Origin: the human T2T-CHM13v2.0 reference genome, Homo sapiens | DNA length: 64,000 nt | Assembly: GCF_009914755.1 (NCBI RefSeq) | Contig: NC_060934.1 | Direction: 5' to 3' (one strand) | Shown: positions 16,810 through 34,812 of the stretch, piece by piece | Layout of the letters: the number at the start of each line of letters is the position of its first letter | Position numbering within the stretch: the first letter of the stretch is position 1 | Program-made: the position numbers and the translations under genes | Notes under the pieces: generated by a model | Database searches by the model: none | The model's input: the letters and a program-made list of their open reading frames with translations, nothing else | What the model was told of the DNA's origin: nothing

Positions 16810-19800
16810 TAATCTCCAAAAACTGTATATGGGGCAAGTTTTTACCTACTTCATCCTCAAGGGTGTTGCCTTCCATATAAAGGGAGTAGCCCTTTATATG
16901 TCTCCAGTCTGATCTCCTACTCAGTTCAAGCCCAAGCTCTGTCTTACTTGGTTCATTAATACCTTTTAGGCAAATGCTAGCTCTAGGTCTCAACTTATTC
17001 CTCATTTTCTCAGCTCTCTTGTTGTCTCTGTCCCGCGAACAAGTAAGTGTTACTTTCCCACCAGCTAAACCAAGCATTTCAAAATAGGGTGTTTTTTTTC
17101 TCTCTCTTCAATATAATGTAGTATTTTACATGCATTCTGCTGGAAAGGTTTTCTGTGAACATCTAGTCTGCCATACTGCTTGAAACTGGCTCAAGATGAT
17201 TCGTAAAGAAGAAGCTTTCTATCTCCATCTATTTACAGTTAGACATGTATGTAAGTTAGAAAATTATGCTTGGCACAAATAGAAAACAAGCTTTCACTGG
17301 AAAATGTGAAATAAACCCTTACTTCTACCACAGTAGTATTTCCCTGCTCATAAAATCAAACAATATATAAATTGCAAATGTTTTCTTTATTGCCTAGTGA
17401 TATACATATATGTATACACTACACCTATATATACACATATGTATATATTTATGTATATACACACACATATGTATTTTTTTTCTGTTAAACAATAAAGATA
17501 CATTACCAGATTTCCATTTGGCTGCAGTTTCAATATATCTCTCTAGAATGGGTCAGAACAGAATGGAAAGGTTGACCTGACATCAGACAAACTCAGAACA
17601 TTCTAGAAAATTCTGAGACCATCGCTAGAGCAGCCATCCATTCTGTACCTATCTGATGGATTATTCACGGTTCCAGTGCATGAAAAAGACATACATGAAA
17701 GTATGAGCATTTCAGAAGGGAGGCAGCTAGGGAACATGGCTTTAGAAAAAGCAGTGCATTCGGAAAAACATACCGAATAAAGTAACAGAAAAAAATAATC
17801 AGGGAGGCAGATGCAGGCATTGTTAGCTCTTTGAAGTGGCTGTTCACAGCAAGACAGTGGCCATGCTGAAGTTTGACTGGGTCAGCCTCTCACAGACTCT
17901 CTGAGGTCTGCAGGGCTGTGCATACGATCTGAGCCGTACTGAAAGGCCAAGGACTTCAGCTTTCTGTAACGGGGACAAATCACAAAGGGCATGTATTTCA
18001 TGCAACGAAATGCACAGAAGCCTCACGAAACAGACCTGCATCCCCAAAACAAGGCCTCCAAAAAATAAAAACCAAGACAAAATGGCAAATCATTTCATTT
18101 CCCCCATCATGCCTTTTCAGACATTAAAAACCAAAAAAAAAGATCTGAGGCTACCTTGTGATTGGAAGATAATCAGGCCGTCGCTGTGCTTCATAGCCCC
18201 CTCCAGAATGCTGGGACTCTCCAATGGGACTGACCCTCAGTCTTACCTACCCATGATCAGTTTATTTTTCCCCTTTAAAGTAGTATTTCCATCATTTCAG
18301 TATACAAAAATAAAATATTACAGTGTGCCCCCAATCACATTGAAGCAGGTAAATATTTTTGAAGATATACAATCTTCATTAGGATTCATGCATTTGTATG
18401 GGTGCACACACACACACACATACACTCATTGTGACAACAACAACAACAAATTGCTACATGGCTATCCAAAAGGGGCATTTGGGACCCTGAGAGGGAAGAG
18501 TTAATGAATGGCCATCACCTTAGGAGACCTCTTAACTACATTGTTGTCATGTGACCGTTGGTGACCTGCTTAAGGTCATTTACTAGGAGATAACAGCTTG
18601 ACAAGATAAATCTGCTTCTGTGTCTAGGCCGTCCCCTAACCATCTGCTCCCTTTAAGAAACATGGGCCTGTTGGTTGCTGTGAATTTAACCCTAGGGAAC
18701 ATTGCAGGGGGCTGCCCTTGATAGTTACAGCCACCCAAAGTCAACATTTATTGGAAAAGAGCACCTGGCACTTAAGTGTTCCTGTTTGGTCTTAATCTAT
18801 GAAGGCTTTCTGCCTTTCAATCACTTACTATAATTTTACTACCTGTTAAAACTCTACCCACGTGTCCAGGTGACGTGTAATGATAGCACTGCCTTGGCCT
18901 CCGGTCTAATACAGGCTAGATGCGATTAAAAAAAACAACACCCCACATATATCCTTTTTGCCATTCATCTTCAAGGAGATTTTATCCTTAATGGACTATT
19001 AGAGTAGCTGTAGGTATTTTTATGACGACAAAATTCTTTACCAATGAAAGCTGAGTAAAACAGCATGGCTGGCAGGTATTTGGGTAGCAACTATTTACTG
19101 ATTAATTTTTGAGCCCCCTGGAGGGGAAACAGACAGGTGCTGTGTGCCTGAATCTTTTTTCTACTTGGTTATCTATTCAACAAGCCAAAGGGCTTTGATA
19201 GAAATCCAGGGCCTAGAGTTTGATTAAGGGCACAATGATAATTAAGTGAAGGAAAATAGCGCATCACTGTCTTTGAAAATTCCTAGCTGAGGAAGGTAGA
19301 GGAATTGACCTAAGGGTTTCTGAAAGACAACAAGAGGGAAACATTTAGGGAACTGGCCGACAGCACATTTTATTCCCTTTGCCTCTGATCATTCGTGCCA
19401 AATTGGCCAAACTCTTGGAAAGCTATAATTTTGATATGTTTTTCATGCTCTTAATTAGATGAAATAAGAGAGTGGGATATCACATCATTCATTCATTCCA
19501 CAAATACTTGCATGTCTAATTACCATATACCAGACGCTGGGCTGTAGCCTGAAGAACAACCCACTCTCTGCCTTCAAAGTCATTATTTAATTATAATTAT
19601 GGTGATTTTTAACCTTAAGGTTTTCTGTGAAAAGCCACAAAAAATAATTATTTGGTTTCCTTGGAACTTACACACATTTAATCCCTCTGAATATTCGTGA
19701 ATTAACGGGAAGTCACTCAAAAACAATTCCAAGCAAATGTTTGACAAACTGAAACTGAGCAAAACATCGTGATATCGTTAAGTAGTACAGGGGTGTTTGA

Positions 19801-19889
19801 GAATAATTGGAATGCTATGTGCATGTATTTGTTTGTAACATCTAGAATCCTATGAATATGACACTGAGTTTCTTTTATTCTTAAAAACA

Positions 19890-20032
19890 ATTTTTTTTTT
19901 TAATTTTTAAGAGTAAAAGAGACAGGGACTTGCTATGTTTCCCAAGTTAATTTTGAACTCCTTCCTCAAGTGATCCTCCTGCCTTGGCCTCCCAAAATGC
20001 TGGGGTTACCGGCTTGAGCCACTGAGCCGGCC
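19890..20032 (-). mobile_element. FLAM-like Alu monomer
   Basis: Single antisense arm. Confidence 0.75.
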
Positions 20033-20132
20033 AGAAAAATTATTTTTAACCCTAAAGTGTTATGCAAAATTTCCCCACCCCTGCCCTAGTTATTGTTTAC
20101 TGTGTATTTTCTCTCAACATGCAGAACGTATG

Positions 20133-20235
20133 GAAGGAAGAAAGGGAAAGGGGGAGGGAGGGAGGCAGAAAGGATGGAAGGAAGGGGAGGGAGGGAGAAG
20201 AGAAAGAAAGAAGGAAAAAAGGAAACAGAAAGAAA
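20133..20235. repeat. Polypurine (GGAA/GGGA) low-complexity tract
   Basis: Direct reading. Confidence 0.85.
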
Positions 20236-21582
20236 TCCAGGCAAATATCTGACAAAGTAAAATGCACCAAAATTCTGTATATTCATAAATAGTGCCAAAT
20301 AAAATGCAATAAAGTTATGGTGATAATTAATAATTAATTGTGGAGTATTCCAGATTATACTATTTTGGGCAGACCTGCCTTCCTGGTGAAAGGGAAACGC
20401 TGGCCATGTGCTCTATCCAGTACATTCTACCCACCAAAGCCTTCCACGAGTAATTTTTTTTCTAAAGCAATTTTTCATACCTCTGACACCATTCCCATGA
20501 AATGTGACATTTTAACAAATAGGATTGCCAGGTCTGTGAGATTTATCTTCACTCTCCTCAATACCGTCATTCCCTGAACCGTGTATCGCCTTACATGAAA
20601 AACGCAACCTCTTTTGTGCTATGTGGTAGCTGAAGAGTTCGTATGGTAAAAAGCTCTTCCTGGGATGTATAAACTGTGAAATGCATTCTAAAATAAAGTT
20701 TTAATTACACTTTGTAATTCGGAGCCAACTTCTGGGTTTAGTCTAATTTAAACAAGGGTTTTTCTCTCTTGCAGCCATCTGTTCCTTTTGCTTAAGCCTA
20801 CACTTAAGTCATAATATTGAAAGGGTGACGTCACTCCTTCCTTATGATGTCATTAAACATTTCTTTAGCGACCCAAGCAGTCAGAGAACTGAATAAGTGA
20901 TGGGGGGAGATGCTTGTTAAAATATAGATAATAGCATACTGAATTATTTTATTTTTCATTCCCAGTTATTCTCCAATATCAAAAATATTGTTCAATGAAA
21001 GTCATGCCTCCGTGCAAAAAGAATCCCATAAAAAATAAATCTTTGAAATACCTACGTATTTGGTCATAAACTAGTACATTAATGCAAACGTACCACTCTC
21101 ATTTTTGGCTTGGGTCTGGATCAAACTAAAATTCTTGGCAAATTATTAGTGGAAGTAGCAAATTACATATTTTTAATCATAGGCAATATTTAGACCACAC
21201 ATTAAAAACTTACATCATCTCTATTTACTTTCTATTTTTGACATTTAAATTTATTTTTAATTAATTGAGATCAGTTAAATTTCTTCAATTAAGAATTTCT
21301 CAGCTCTCATAGTTGCAGTGGAGCTGTCATTAGCAGTGTAAGAATATACATGAATAATGTTTTAAAATTATGTTAATATCAAATTAGAGTATAGTAAATT
21401 AGGTTACAATCAATTATAGTAATTTGCTTTTTTTAAATATTGCATTATAAACATTTTAAAATTAATTTTAGGTTATTAAGTCTATAATTCTAGCTGAGTT
21501 TAGTAATTATTTTAAGTAGTTGTTGAAAAACTTTAAAAAAATAAGAATTCCACATAGCTGTACAAATATTCATTGGTTCTAA

Positions 21583-21959
<377 letters not shown>

Positions 21960-22599
21960 TAATGATCAGTCACTGAAATTCAACAATTTTTTCAATAAAT
22001 CAGTTGTATATATAAGCATTCTGTTGTTATTTTATTTGTATGCCAATTTTTAAAACATACTTGATCAAGTCTGTAAGTTTTATCAGGGAATGCAATTTAT
22101 GATGCATAAATTCAGATGTCAGGGCCTGAGCTAGTTCCATGAGCCACATAGAGCTGCCCTCACAGGCCCACCACTTGCCCAAGGAATTCACAGAGTCAAA
22201 TGGCTGAGGAGTTACAATTAAATCAAAGCTCAGCACAATGGAAAGGGCACTAGATTAGGAGTTGGAATACCTGCATTGTGGGTCACTTTAAAGAACACCC
22301 ATGCTTTCCTTTCTTTATTTGTGCAGTGACATTAATACGTGACATAATTATTTCACCAGTCTATTGTGAGTTTCACAGCCTGCTCCTTGTTCTTGTTATT
22401 TAATGGTGCCAACATCTAATCAGTTGCCCAAGCAAGACAGGCTTGTGATTCTCCTCCTGCGTGGCTGTCCCTGTGGTGCCAATGCCTCATCCTTCACTCT
22501 TGCTGCTGTGCTCCGTAATCTGGCTAATAACAGCGCTATTTACCCAGCTGTTAGCCTAAAGACCTCCAGATACAAGCTCTCCTGTCCACTCCTCTGGTG

Positions 22600-23300
22600 T
22601 TCTCTGAATTCAGCCCCTCATTTATCATTTGAATTATTATAAGTCTCCAAACACAAATCCCTCCCTTAGTTTTGGTCCCAGATCTAGCCTCCACAATCCA
22701 CCAGATCTTTCCAAAGGCAAATCTAATTATATCCCTGATCCTGACTTAAAAGCCTCCAATGGGTCACCTTTGCCTCAGGCACAAAATCCGAAGGTCTTGG
22801 TCTTCTGGTTCCCTCGCCTCCCTCCACCTTATCTCTCGTTATTCCCAGTATGCACACAGTCTCTGAGCCAAAGCCACACTGACCATGTCTTTGAGTGCCC
22901 TGTATTGGTTGTCCTTATATGCATCTCACACATGCTATTCTCTCTGCTAGGAATGTTCTATTTCCCCTTATCTATTTAGCAGAATCTTTCTTCAGAATGC
23001 AATTCACCAGGGGTTTTCTCCTCTATGAAGCTTTTCCAGAAACAGCCAACCACTGTTTGATATCTCCTTCTCTTTGCCAACCTAGTTCCTAGCAGCACTC
23101 TTACCATGACACTTGGTAAATTCTGTATAGCAAGTATTTGTTTCCGTGTCTCTTTTCCACAGTAGATACTGAAATTCTTCCAAGATGGGACTGGTGTTAT
23201 TTGTGTTTGCTTTCCCAGCTCATGGCTGATTGCAAGTAGGTGATCAACAATTTCTTGTTAAATGGAATGATGGATAGATGGATGGATAGATGGATGGATG
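22600..23300 (+). mobile_element. L2 3' fragment ending in (TGGA)n
   Basis: Pyrimidine-rich L2-like text ending ...ttgttaaatggaatgatggatagatggatgg. Confidence 0.55.
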
Positions 23301-23395
23301 ATTCCCCTCTCTTCTCCCCTTCCTCTGATAAACTACACCCTTATATTCAGGAACAGCAAGCTCCCTTTTTGCCTCTCAGCAGGTGGTTCTCTGGA

Positions 23396-23748
<353 letters not shown>

Positions 23749-24750
23749 TAAGACTCAACTCAAATGAATCAAAGTGAATCAAGTGAAAAAAATTAAGTGC
23801 TTCATTCTTCGTTCGCAATACTGTGTATTTATTTGTACTTAAATGTTTTTAGCACATTTAACTATAATTATTAGCTTAAACATCTTCCTTCTGCAGACTT
23901 TAATTTCCTTGAGACAGCATCTTAAATTTCTTATTCGTGTCTATATTCCTAACACAGAGAATAGCACAAGATAGCTGATAGTAGATGTTCACTGAATTAA
24001 TTTATGAAGGTGTGTTTCAATGTGTGAAATGAAATAATATACCTGAGAGTTATTTGAAACTGTAAAGCCCAAGACAAATGGTAGGTGCTTTTGTTATCTT
24101 GATCCTACCCACGGATCAAATTCTTTCCTCTGCTCCTTAGTTCTTTCTAGCTAGGGAGCCCACAGACCCTTGTCTAAATTATCACTTCATGCAGACTTCC
24201 TTTCTCCCACACAGAGTGCATTTTGACATTAAACTAAACCCCTCAGCATATGGATAAGATCTAGAATATAAAAGGGGGTTGAAAATAGAATCACCTGTCT
24301 TGCATTATAGTACCAGCCTTAAGAAACTGGGTATATGATAACTGTATTCTGACAATAAAGAGCCGAATCACTTTGGACACCATTTTTTTTTTAGCTGGTG
24401 ACAATTTATTTTCCCTAAATTTATGCCTGTTTCTTATATACAGAAAAGTTACTTACTAGTTGAGCAAAAGTATAAAATATGCAGCAGAGGAAATGATATC
24501 ATATGAATGACATGAACAAGTACTTGATACCAAAATCTGGTCTTCCTTCTGGGAAATCCCAGGATGTTTTGTAAATGACATTGCAATCATTTCATCCACC
24601 TTGAAGATGGGACTTTTCTTCAGTGTGAAATGCGGTAGCTCTTCTGTGCGTCACAATCACTTCACTGACTTTTCAGGGGAAGAAGTGAAAAATACCGACT
24701 TTAAAAGCTGGGAAAGATTGGAGTAAGAAAGAATAGAATTATTCATGGAT

Positions 24751-25183
<433 letters not shown>

Positions 25184-25865
25184 TTAATCCTCATCTGCTG
25201 GATGGCACACAGAGTTCATTTTCCCATGGTAATATACTGACATTAGGGGTCAACCCTCTCCAAGTGAAAAAGAAAGTCACTTGCATAAATGCAACTTCAG
25301 TAGCGCTTTGGCAGTCCCTGGAAGCCATCCAGCTGAATGTCAATTTCACATGGGTAAGTCACCTTGTTAGACGTTCACGGCGCAAGGTGCTTGTTCCTAG
25401 ATGTCACTACGATGGTGAGTGTGTCTCCATAGTGTGAGTGCCTTGGAGGAGGAACGGAGTTGCCCTGGTGCCTGGGTGTTCTTACCCCTGGAGGGGCAGC
25501 CTGGTTTAAGAACACGGCCTCAAGACAAAAGCAGTTTGGGTTTGTTTGAAGCTCTTCAGGTTGAGACCTGAGTTTATCTTTTCTGAGACTTAAAGTCCTC
25601 ATCTGTAAGATGGGGACAGTCACACCTTCCTGATAGAGCTTCTGTAAGGATTAAATGAGCTGGGGCTGTATTAAATACCTGATGACTATCAGGTGTTGAT
25701 TTTCTTGTTTCCCGTCCCACCCCTTATTAATATCTCATACCACATACTACTTATTTTCAGGACTTTCCTTTGAAAACCTGTGTGATCACTCACACTATTT
25801 TATTCCCCTGAATTTTGCACTCAGTTTGCTTTGTCAATAAGAAGAATTTAAAGGAATTCATTCCC

Positions 25866-27769
<1,904 letters not shown>

Positions 27770-27784
27770 TAAAAAAATGAATAA

Positions 27785-27786
<2 letters not shown>

Positions 27787-27823
<37 letters not shown>

Positions 27824-27836
27824 CACACACACACAC
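27787..27836. repeat. (AC)15GC(AC)9 microsatellite
   Basis: Direct reading. Confidence 0.97.
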
Positions 27837-28194
27837 CCCATAGTAAGAAAGTAAGCAGTTGTCATGATTACCATAGTTCCTTTCTCTTTGATCATGTCAT
27901 TCAAATTGTCTAAAATAACTGTAAAGATTTAATCCTGCTTACTATATATAGTTACCCTCTGACTTAGCAGTTAAAAATCTCCACAAGTGAATCCTTTCTT
28001 ACCTTTCTGGGATTTTCACTTTCTTCCCCCCATACTACCCTTTGATGGTAAATTCTCCATTTTTCAAGTGCAGTGTGAGGGTACCACGGGGAGGAAATTT
28101 CAAATTAAAAATTAAAGCACACTCTGTGCACATTCAGTCATTGTAATTCTGGAAAATGTCCTTTGAGTAAAAAACAATATTTAGCAATAGGAGA

Positions 28195-28410
28195 AGCCAT
28201 ACAGTATGGTGGTTTACAGCGTAAGTTCTAACTTTGAGATGAATTTAAATTCTAGCACATCACCTTGAGTGACTATCTAATCAAGTCCCAGTTTCTCAGT
28301 CTTCAGAATTGAGAGCTGCTGGGATCATGGAGGGTATTAAATGAGATAATACATATAATGCACTTCGCACAATGTCAGACACATAGTAAGTTCTCATAAT
28401 TGTCAGCATG
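28195..28410 (+). mobile_element. MIR
   Basis: cagtatggtggtttacagc...cagtttctcagtcttcagaattg...gtattaaatgagataat...acatagtaagttctca. Confidence 0.7.
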
Positions 28411-29152
28411 ATGATAATGATGCTAAGTGACTTTACTTTTTATTTTCAATTGGAGCTAAGGCTAAAGAGTTTTCTAAGGCTTTACATTTACCACGGACTT
28501 TTCACTAAGTATATGCCTCGATATAGCACTGAAAATTTAGGAAAGTTATTCTCAAGGCATTGGGCCAAAGGACAGAAAAAGACATTAGGAGCGGAAATAA
28601 GAGTATGATCCAACCTGTAACTGGTGACTCCATTTCCGTGCTGACTCCTGCCCTCCCCCAGTACCCTGCCCATATTGGATAATTAACACACTGAATTTAC
28701 TCAAAAGGAAAAATACTAAACTTACCTCTTCCCGCTTACATTACTTTAATTGTGTATATTTTGTTTTTTTCAAGTATGGTTCTTTGGGGAAAACAGAATA
28801 TGTTTTCTATAGAAAAACACATATTCTTTCAGCCTAGTAATTTTGGAAGCAAAAGATGGTCTCCATGGTAAGAAGATGGAAAATGAGTAGTATTAATAGA
28901 AGATAGCACAGAACTAATGTACATTTTATAGTAGAAAGGAAAGATTTTTTAGCCTCCCTGCCTAAAACAACATCGTGAACTCTAAGTTATGCTAATTTGG
29001 TGAATAAATGAAAAGGAGCCAGCCAGGGTATGATAGCTCAGAATGAAAGTCAGTAGTCAACTCCCAGGAATCTCACAGGAAAGGAGAAACTTCCCGCACC
29101 AGTGGCACAGGGAGGCTTAATTGGTTCTCCTGTGGTTTATAAGAAAAGCTTT

Positions 29153-30271
<1,119 letters not shown>

Positions 30272-30882
30272 ACAAAGTAGTGCTTTAATCCTCACATCGT
30301 GGAGTTGCCAAAGTAATAGAAATATCAGCATGGATAAAAAGCCAATAAGACAATGACTGTCTAATGTTCCCAACTCATCTCCATGCCAATTTCCGATCCG
30401 AAACGATCCCTTACATTTCTCTAGGTCCTTCATTCCTTTCATGCAATGTCTAATGGGGTATATTTTTCCTTCATTCCCTTCATGCAATGTCTTCCTTCCC
30501 TTCATGAAATGTCTAATGGGGTATATTTTTCCTTCACTTTTTTTTTCCCATATTGTTTTCTGCTAGGATGTTTTTATTCCTTCTTAGCTCTCTGTGTGAT
30601 TGGATCTCTACAGTGGTATTTTGGGGTTACCTTAGTGCATCTCTTTTTACTTGTTATAATGCAAATTTCTTGATATAATCTACTCTTGCTCTGTACTCTA
30701 CGCTTGTCTGTAGCCTGTACTTGTCTTACATTTCTCTCCTTTCCCTTTCATTTACATAATCTTACATCCTAAAATAGTTACATTCTTTATATGACATCTA
30801 TTGAAATGAGAAGATATCCATAAAATTTATCATAAAATAATAAATTTTATTTAAAAAATAAGCACTCCAGAGCATAAATATC

Positions 30883-31320
30883 TGTATGAGTATTGTGCCT
30901 TCAAGAAAATGTGGGAATGATATTCTTTAAAGGCTTTAGAATTAATTTTAGAACCACTTTACAATCTTCACAAGAAAATCACCCTGCTACCACAAGGCAA
31001 AGCCTCATGTGTTACCCAGATTAGCATTACTCACCTAATTCACCAGACCTGAGGCCAGATTTCCTTTAATAGTTTTCACAGTTCATAGCAGTCTTTAGAG
31101 GATGAAAATTTACCCCATTAAGGATTCTCAAAATAGTGTGGGGGCATCTTCTGAACACAGTTCTGAGGGAGAATTCCAAACTTGCTCTGGAATAATGGAA
31201 GCATCATTAAACTAAGTCTGTAGTACCCAAGTACTTTAGAGGGGAAAACTCCTTTTTAGATGAGTAAGTTCTGTTATTTCTAGTAACAAATTGAACTTAC
31301 TGTTTTATACTCACATCATT
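30883..31320 (+). mobile_element. MARNA-like mariner relic just upstream of a PTER exon
   Basis: aat tca cca gac ctg (NSPDL, cf. mariner YSPDL motif) at 31037-31051 followed by sequence resembling the mariner transposase 3' end. Confidence 0.65.
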
Positions 31321-31459
31321 AAGAGCCATTTCAGAAGTGTCTGTTACTCGACTTCAACTATGTTCTTGTTCTTGTACATTGTGTGCTTAAAACTTCTAGT
31401 ATGTACATGTGGAAAATGGGCTCTTCATAATAACAGTTCATCTGTCGCATTGTTTCTAG

Positions 31460-31600
31460 GACTATTCTTGATAAGAAAGAGCTCTTGGAGTTTGCTCAGC
31501 TTGGCTGCTACTTGGAATATGATCTCTTTGGTACTGAACTACTTCATTACCAACTCGGCCCAGATATTGACATGCCTGATGATAACAAAAGAATTAGAAG
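31460..31600 (+). CDS. PTER: PTER third coding exon (codons 233-280); missed by the ORF track
   Basis: Acceptor tgtttctAG, reads (R)[46 protein letters not shown](R), donor AG|gtaaat; 141 nt, phase 2-2, joins flanking exons in frame. Confidence 0.96.
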
Positions 31601-32179
31601 GTAAATATGGTAAAGCCTCTCATAGCATTCCCTTTCCCTAGCCCTTTTTGATTGTCATATCTAGGGAAGTATTAGCAAAGATTCAGAAAACAGTAAGCAG
31701 GCCGAACCACAGACTTGCAGAGAAAAATATATCTATGCTGTTTCAGGGAGAAAAATCTCTCTATATTATTTTAAGGAGAAAATGAGTCATCCTAAGTAGG
31801 CTAAAGCTTAGCAGAGCCTTAGAAGTTCAGTGCAGATGGGCAGCTGACAGGAAACACAGATAATACCCAACCCCTGCCATGAAAATCAGAGAACAAAAGA
31901 CATTTTCCTCTATTTACCCCTAATGAAATAAGCTGTTCCTCTCTCAGGTTGACCACACTAAAGCCATAACTTCCTACAAGTAATATTTGAAATGCTTTAT
32001 CAAAAGTTTTCATTAAAAAGGTGATTTCAAGTTAAATGCTAAAAGTATAAGGTCTAAAGACTAAATATTATGTAAAATGAATGCAACCTTCCAAAACTGT
32101 ATAATGTGTGATGCTGGCAGATAATTGTAGGAGTCATTCTTTGTAATCAAGTAGAAAATTTTAGGCGTCAATGATAGCT

Positions 32180-33950
32180 ACCTAGTTTGGTCTTGGTCAC
32201 ATGGTGATAAGAAGATTGAATGAACCAAGTTAGAATACCTAGGAGGAGAAATAAATTGGAGATTGACAAGGAAGACTTTCGTTTGGGAATATCTAAGTGT
32301 TGCTACCCAGTGAAGCCCTAAGATATGGTTTGTATGTGATAGTTGAACCGTGGGAATGAATGACATCACTCAGAGAAGAAGATGAGGACAGAGACCTGGG
32401 GACAGAGACATTTAAGGAATGGAGTAGGAACCGTTGCTCAAGGAAAGGTCGAGGAGAAGTTTTCAAAGTGATAACATGAGAGATATATATTCTTATGGAA
32501 GTCAGTAGAGAGGAAGTCTCAGGGCAGAAGGGCTTGAATGCCGGTAATAAGTGACAAATATCAAGGGAAATAAAGACTGAAAAGCATCCATTGGATTTCA
32601 CAATTAGGAGGCTCACATTTTATAAACAGAGTGCAATCTCAGTGGAAAAGGCTTGAGAAATGGGTGGGCCGTGAGGAAGAGGAGAGAGGATGTTGAGGTG
32701 ACTCTTTCAAGAAGCGTGGCAGTGGAGGGAAGCAAGGAGATGGGTCTGGAGTTAGAAGTCAATAAAGGATCAAGGGAAGCTTCTAGTAAGAGTTGAGCAA
32801 TGTTTATGTGACTTAAGAGCAAGAGCAGAGACAGAGCCAGAGAGAATGAGTCCAGGGAAGTGGTGCCCATTCCACAGGGTTACTATAGAATTGACATGAA
32901 ATAATGTTTTCCAAGTTTTTGTCTGAGTGTCTGGTGCAGAATATGGAAGTGTTCAATAGATGTTGACTTTAAAAACTCTGGATAGATAAGAAATATAGAG
33001 CAAGGTTCCTAAGGCGACAAATAGATGGAATCTGGGGAACAAATAGAAAGTCGGTTGAAAGGATGCTTTCTCCATGGAAATGAGAGGGCATGACACAGCG
33101 ATGGGGTGAATGCAAACAGAAGTCTTAGTGAGGGAAACAGGAGACTGAGGACACATGGCCACATGTCCTCTAGTGTCTCTGTGAGGTGGACATGGTTATC
33201 TCCTGAGAAAAAAAGAGTGGATTTAGGGCAGCACTGTGTAGAGCAGGAGAAAGGCTAGGAATGGCTGTCAGGTCAATGAGAGAGATCTTGACATGGATGT
33301 GTTATGTGCGAGACCTAGTTGAGTCTAGAAATCATGATTGCAGGCCTGTGCATTGGCACCAATGCACACGATTTGGTGATTATTTTCCAAAGCAAAACTG
33401 TTTTGCGTTTTGGTAGTGGAACCAGAGAAGTTGTGTGCGTACAAGCAGAAAATGGGAACAGTTCAAGAGATTGAGGGTTGGGATTCTATCTGAAAGAGAT
33501 GGATAACAATGGAGGAGTTGAGATGAGGGTCATGGGATCCAAGTTGGAGGGAAGAAAGCATAGAGAGGAATGGTCAGATAGACAGGAAAAGCATAGCAGG
33601 GCAAATAAGTGGACTGCAGGCTTTAATGAAGTGGGTGGAGCATATATATATATATATATATATATGTTCAAATATATATACTGTATGTGTATGTGTATAT
33701 ATATATGTGTGTGTGTATATATATACACAGTAGAAGAAGTGAGTGGAAAAAGTAGAAAAATGTAACATGATCGGAGTGGGAAACTGAAGATGGAGATTTC
33801 AGAGGGGGAGCAGTAGTTCCCTATGATAACAAGAACTAGAATATAATTATGAGAACAGAAAAGTGTTTGCAGTGGAAGTAGCAAAGCTGGAATTGAGAAG
33901 TGATGTCCAGGAACCATGAGATTCAAGTATTGCTAGTTGAATAAGGCACA
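32180..33950 (-). mobile_element. Degraded L2-like region with (TA)n/(TG)n tract at ~33642-33728
   Basis: Purine-rich antisense L2-like text (ccattggattt, actctttcaagaag). Confidence 0.5.
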
Positions 33951-34457
33951 CTGGGTTGAGGGGAAGATCTTGAGCCAGTGGTCATAGTTGGGACATCCTG
34001 AGGATCTTTCCCTGGGAAGTCACATTTACGTCTGTATGCCTTCTGCTGTCTCCAAGTACTGGCATTCTGCCCTGATCACCTCATTAATAGTACTATGCTT
34101 CAAGTTTAGTATCATTAGGGAAAGCTAGTTAATCAGTGTTGCATTAGTTAAGTAAGATGGCAACTCTCAACTCTACATGAGCAAATGACTTCACCTGTCT
34201 TGACCAATGAAGTTCTGTCTTTTAATACTCAGATCAGTTATTTGACAAGTAGATGTACTGTTTCTTTGTTTATTTTTGTTTTATTATTTTAATTTACTTG
34301 CCCAGGAACCCGATTCAATACAGGTGAACCTGTTCCCCTAAAGCCCTGGTAGTTAGTTTATACTCAGAGGAGACTATTCCTTGCCTAAGGGCATCTGGAA
34401 TTTAAAATAGTGCAGTGCATTCAGTCATTCTCATCTTTCACAATCTCAAAAACATGA

Positions 34458-34812
<355 letters not shown>

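Noticed and set aside
16604-18504. 157-aa and 164-aa intronic ORFs
   Set aside because: Overlap a MITE or simple repeats; no domain or splice support
31291-31641. 116-aa + ORF
   Set aside because: Wrong frame across the true PTER exon 31460-31600
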